Below the pieces are notes generated by a model, which saw only the letters and a list, made by a program, of their open reading frames with translations, was not told where the DNA came from and searched no databases. Below, in pieces: positions 61,206 to 64,000 of a DNA stretch of 64,000 bases. A program made the translations under genes and the position numbers. Source of the DNA: an uncultured Pseudomonadota bacterium (GTDB taxonomy: Bacteria; Myxococcota_A; Polyangia; Fen-1088); assembly GCA_963847705.1 (NCBI GenBank), contig CAWKBC010000030.1, forward strand, positions 192,001 to 256,000, given 5' to 3'. Every line of letters begins with the position of its first letter. Position 1 is the stretch's first letter.

Positions 61206-61677
61206 CCTATATTCCCGGGCAGACCGAAACGGCCGCTCCGTGTTGCGAACTCTAGTGCGATCTGGCCGGGCGCGAACAGCACGAAGTCGTCTCGAAAGTG
61301 GCGCATCCTCTCATTATTGGCTGACGCGACCGTTACACCCCAATCGCGTTTGCACAGCAATTATCTACGCTTCCATTAATTGGAACGAGCGTTCCCACGA
61401 CTTGCAATCACGCGATAACGCGATCACGCGCGCGGTTCATCGCGGAGGATCGGCGGTGAGGACATCGGCGAAAACGGCGCCGCCGAGCGACCGGGCGCCT
61501 GGCCTCGCTGCCGCTGGTTGCGCGATCGGGCGTCGCTCAGGCAGGCAAACAGGCGGAAGTGATTCGGACCACGATCGGGGCCGCCGGGCAAGCTACCAGC
61601 GACGCAGGAACGAGAGCACGCACGGCTGAGCCGCGACCAGCGCGGCGAGCGCAAGGGGAGAGCGACCTCGGGAGGTT

Positions 61678-61824
61678 TTAGACGTGCGTCATATCGCCGG
61701 GCGACGAATCCTTCTGCGTCGCGCCGTCGTTATTGATGTTGTCGCTGCTGCTGCAGGCGATCGGAACAATCACGACCGCCAGGCCCAGAAGAATCCAGAA
61801 CGCGAAACCAGAAATTTTCCGCAT
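61678..61824 (-). CDS. Unannotated 48-aa lipoprotein
   Basis: GAGGGG RBS; MRKISGFAFWILLGLAVVIVPIACSSSDNINNDGATQKDSSPGDMTHV*. Confidence 0.6.
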   Translation of the reverse strand: MRKISGFAFWILLGLAVVIVPIACSSSDNINNDGATQKDSSPGDMTHV

Positions 61825-61903
61825 GTTTCCCCTCACTTGCTTACCGGGGAGTATAGCGTCGCGAAAATGACCGTCTAGAGCAATCGTTTGCCGAATGCTG
61901 GGC

Positions 61904-63406
61904 TCAAACTCTGCGCGCGCTCAGAGCTCGTGGAAAAAGCCGGGCCTGGCCGGCAAGCCAGATCGGCAGCTCGGCGAGCCCCCCGAGCGCCTGAAGCCCT
62001 GCGGCCATCGTCGTTCGACCGTCGGTCAGCGGCCCGGCGGCCATCGCTCGGAGCGCCCTCAGCGCGCGCCGCGACCGGAACTCGGCGTGCACGGTGCGCG
62101 ACAGCGTCCGGTAAAAGGCGCGCGAGAAAGGGCCGGGGAACAGCGGATCCAGGTCGTCGCTCTCGCGCCAATTGCGCTTTTCTCCCAGCTGCGCCCGCAC
62201 CCGTTCGTGGAAACGGGTTCCGGGCAGCGGATAGCTGACGGAGATCCCGATCTCGTCGGGGGCGAGCTCGCGGATGAGCTGCCGGGTCATCTCGATCTCG
62301 CGCCAGCCCTCTTCGGGATAGCCAAACTGCAGGAAGAAGCCGACGCGAACTTCGGCGGCGCGCAGGCGGGCCACGGCGCCGCGCACGTGGGCGATGGTGA
62401 TCCCTTTGTCCATCGCGTCGAGCACCGCCTGCGAGCCCGACTCGACGCCCATCCAGGCCTCGGCGCAGCCGGCGCGGCGGAGGGCAGCGACGTTCTCCTC
62501 GGTCATCAGATCGGCCCGCGTCTGGCAGAGAAACGGCGTGGTCAGGCCGGCCGCCGAGATCTTCTCGGCGAACGGGAGCAGCCAGCGGGCCTTGAGGCCG
62601 AAGATGTCGTCACAGAACCAGAGGTGATCGGGCGCGTAGCGCTCGCGCAGGAGTCGGATCTCGGCGACGACGCTCTCGGGCGTTCGCGTGTGGTACGTGT
62701 TCCCGTAGACCGGCTTCGCGCACCAGTTGCAGAGATAGGGGCAGCCGCGCGTGGTGACGACGTTGAGCGAGAAGTAGCCGTGGCGGCGCCGCCAGAAGGC
62801 GCGGTAGCGCTCGACCTCGACCAGATCCCAGGCGGGGAGCGGCAGCTCATCGAGGTTCTTCAGGAGCGCGCGCGGGCCGGACTTGCGCTTCATCCCGAGC
62901 TGCTTCCAGACGAGACCCGGGATGTCGTCGACCTTGGCGGGCGCGGCGTGAGGAGCCGCGCCGGGCGCGGCGTCGAGGCGCGCCGCCAGCTCGCCCAGGG
63001 TCAGCTCCCCCTCGCCGACGATGATGTAGTCGGCGCCGGCGGCCAAATAAACGTCCGGGGCGTCGGCAGCATCATGCCCGGCGACGATCACCCGGGCTCC
63101 CGCGGCGCGCGCCTGGCGGGTCATCGCCAGCGCCGCCTCGCGCATGCGGCCCAGGCACATCTTGGTGAACCAGTTGAAGACGTCGTCGTAGATGACCACC
63201 AGCGTCGGCGAAAAACGCCTCAAGGCAGCCTCAAAACCGCTGATGTCGTCGTCGAGCATCGGATCGAAGAGCGCCACGTCGTGGCCGGCGGCGCGCAGAT
63301 GCGCCGCGGCGGTGATGGTCCCGAGCGGTGGATACGGCTTGCCGATCGCGTGCTGCTTGCGATCGAACCGCAAGAGGTGACCGTGCGTGAAGAGGACGCG
63401 CGCCAT
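61904..63406 (-). CDS. B12-binding-domain radical SAM protein
   Basis: PPLG, GEGE, TRGCPYLCNWC, DDIF, GVESGS, PLPGT. Confidence 0.93.
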   Translation of the reverse strand: MARVLFTHGHLLRFDRKQHAIGKPYPPLGTITAAAHLRAAGHDVALFDPMLDDDISGFEAALRRFSPTLVVIYDDVFNWFTKMCLGRMREAALAMTRQARAAGARVIVAGHDAADAPDVYLAAGADYIIVGEGELTLGELAARLDAAPGAAPHAAPAKVDDIPGLVWKQLGMKRKSGPRALLKNLDELPLPAWDLVEVERYRAFWRRRHGYFSLNVVTTRGCPYLCNWCAKPVYGNTYHTRTPESVVAEIRLLRERYAPDHLWFCDDIFGLKARWLLPFAEKISAAGLTTPFLCQTRADLMTEENVAALRRAGCAEAWMGVESGSQAVLDAMDKGITIAHVRGAVARLRAAEVRVGFFLQFGYPEEGWREIEMTRQLIRELAPDEIGISVSYPLPGTRFHERVRAQLGEKRNWRESDDLDPLFPGPFSRAFYRTLSRTVHAEFRSRRALRALRAMAAGPLTDGRTTMAAGLQALGGLAELPIWLAGQARLFPRALSARRV

Positions 63407-63443
63407 GATGTTTGTGTGTCCGCCTCACCTGGCGGGCGGGGCG

Positions 63444-64000
63444 ATGAGTATACTCCGCGACGTGACGGTACCCGGCGGCGGCGCGGACGCGTTCGACGCG
63501 CTCGCCTCTCGTTACGACGCGCTGTTTTCCCCGGCCGCGAATCCGCTGATTGCGCTCGCGCGCGCACGGGTGCACGCGGCGCTGGCGCGGCACTTCGCTC
63601 CCGGCAGCGCGCTCCTGGAGGTGGGCTGCGGCACCGGGGAGGATACCCATGCGCTGGCCGAGCGCGGTCACACGTTGGTGGCGTGCGATCCCGCACCCCA
63701 GATGCTCTCCCGGGCCGAGGCCAAGCTGACCGCGGCCGGCCGCGGCGCTGCGGTGCGCTTCGTGCGTGGCAGCGCCGCCACGCTGGCCGCAGACTGGCCG
63801 ACGCTGGGCGTGCGCGTCGACGGCGTTTTTTCGAACTTCGCGCCGCTCAACTGCGAGCTCTCGCTGGCTCCGGTCCGCCGGCTCCTGGAACAGGCGCTCT
63901 TGCCGGGGGGACGTTTCGTCGGCGTCGTGCTGCCCAGGATCTGCCCGCTCGAGATCGCGCTCTTTCTTGCGCGCGGCGAGCCGCGCACGGCGTTCCGGCG
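63444..64000 (+). CDS. Class I SAM methyltransferase (runs off the window end)
   Basis: AFDALASRYD, LEVGCGTGED, DGVFSNFAPLNC, LLPGG. Confidence 0.9.
   Translation, partial: MSILRDVTVPGGGADAFDALASRYDALFSPAANPLIALARARVHAALARHFAPGSALLEVGCGTGEDTHALAERGHTLVACDPAPQMLSRAEAKLTAAGRGAAVRFVRGSAATLAADWPTLGVRVDGVFSNFAPLNCELSLAPVRRLLEQALLPGGRFVGVVLPRICPLEIALFLARGEPRTAFR

Overview
High-GC (roughly 70%) bacterial chromosome segment, most likely Myxococcota (Polyangia-like), judged from a MYXO-CTERM tail and many lipoproteins with Gly/Thr 'GTGG' linkers. Housekeeping genes: split ccmAB...ccmCD, acyl-CoA dehydrogenase, eno, metF, argG, pdxJ, ppk1, 2-oxoacid:ferredoxin oxidoreductase, glutathione peroxidase, peroxiredoxin and lemA-TPM-TPM. 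Accessory content: a Phd/VapC toxin-antitoxin pair, an MMPL transporter, two-component systems, an RpoE-ChrR pair, four secreted clan GH-A hydrolases and a B12-radical SAM gene. I found no rRNA, tRNA, CRISPR array, transposase or integrase. Best leads: (1) an exported metallophosphoesterase / MauG-BthA-type diheme enzyme / HupE-UreJ operon, with HupE broken at a G7 tract; (2) an RpoE-ChrR module with a second matching promoter ahead of a lipoprotein truncated globin; (3) two highly structured intergenic elements, one with a nested pseudoknot; (4) a sigma54-driven micro-protein plus MMPL pair; (5) a ClpX paralogue and a macrodomain with altered key motifs; (6) unannotated small ORFs. All calls come from reading motifs by eye; no database searches were run.
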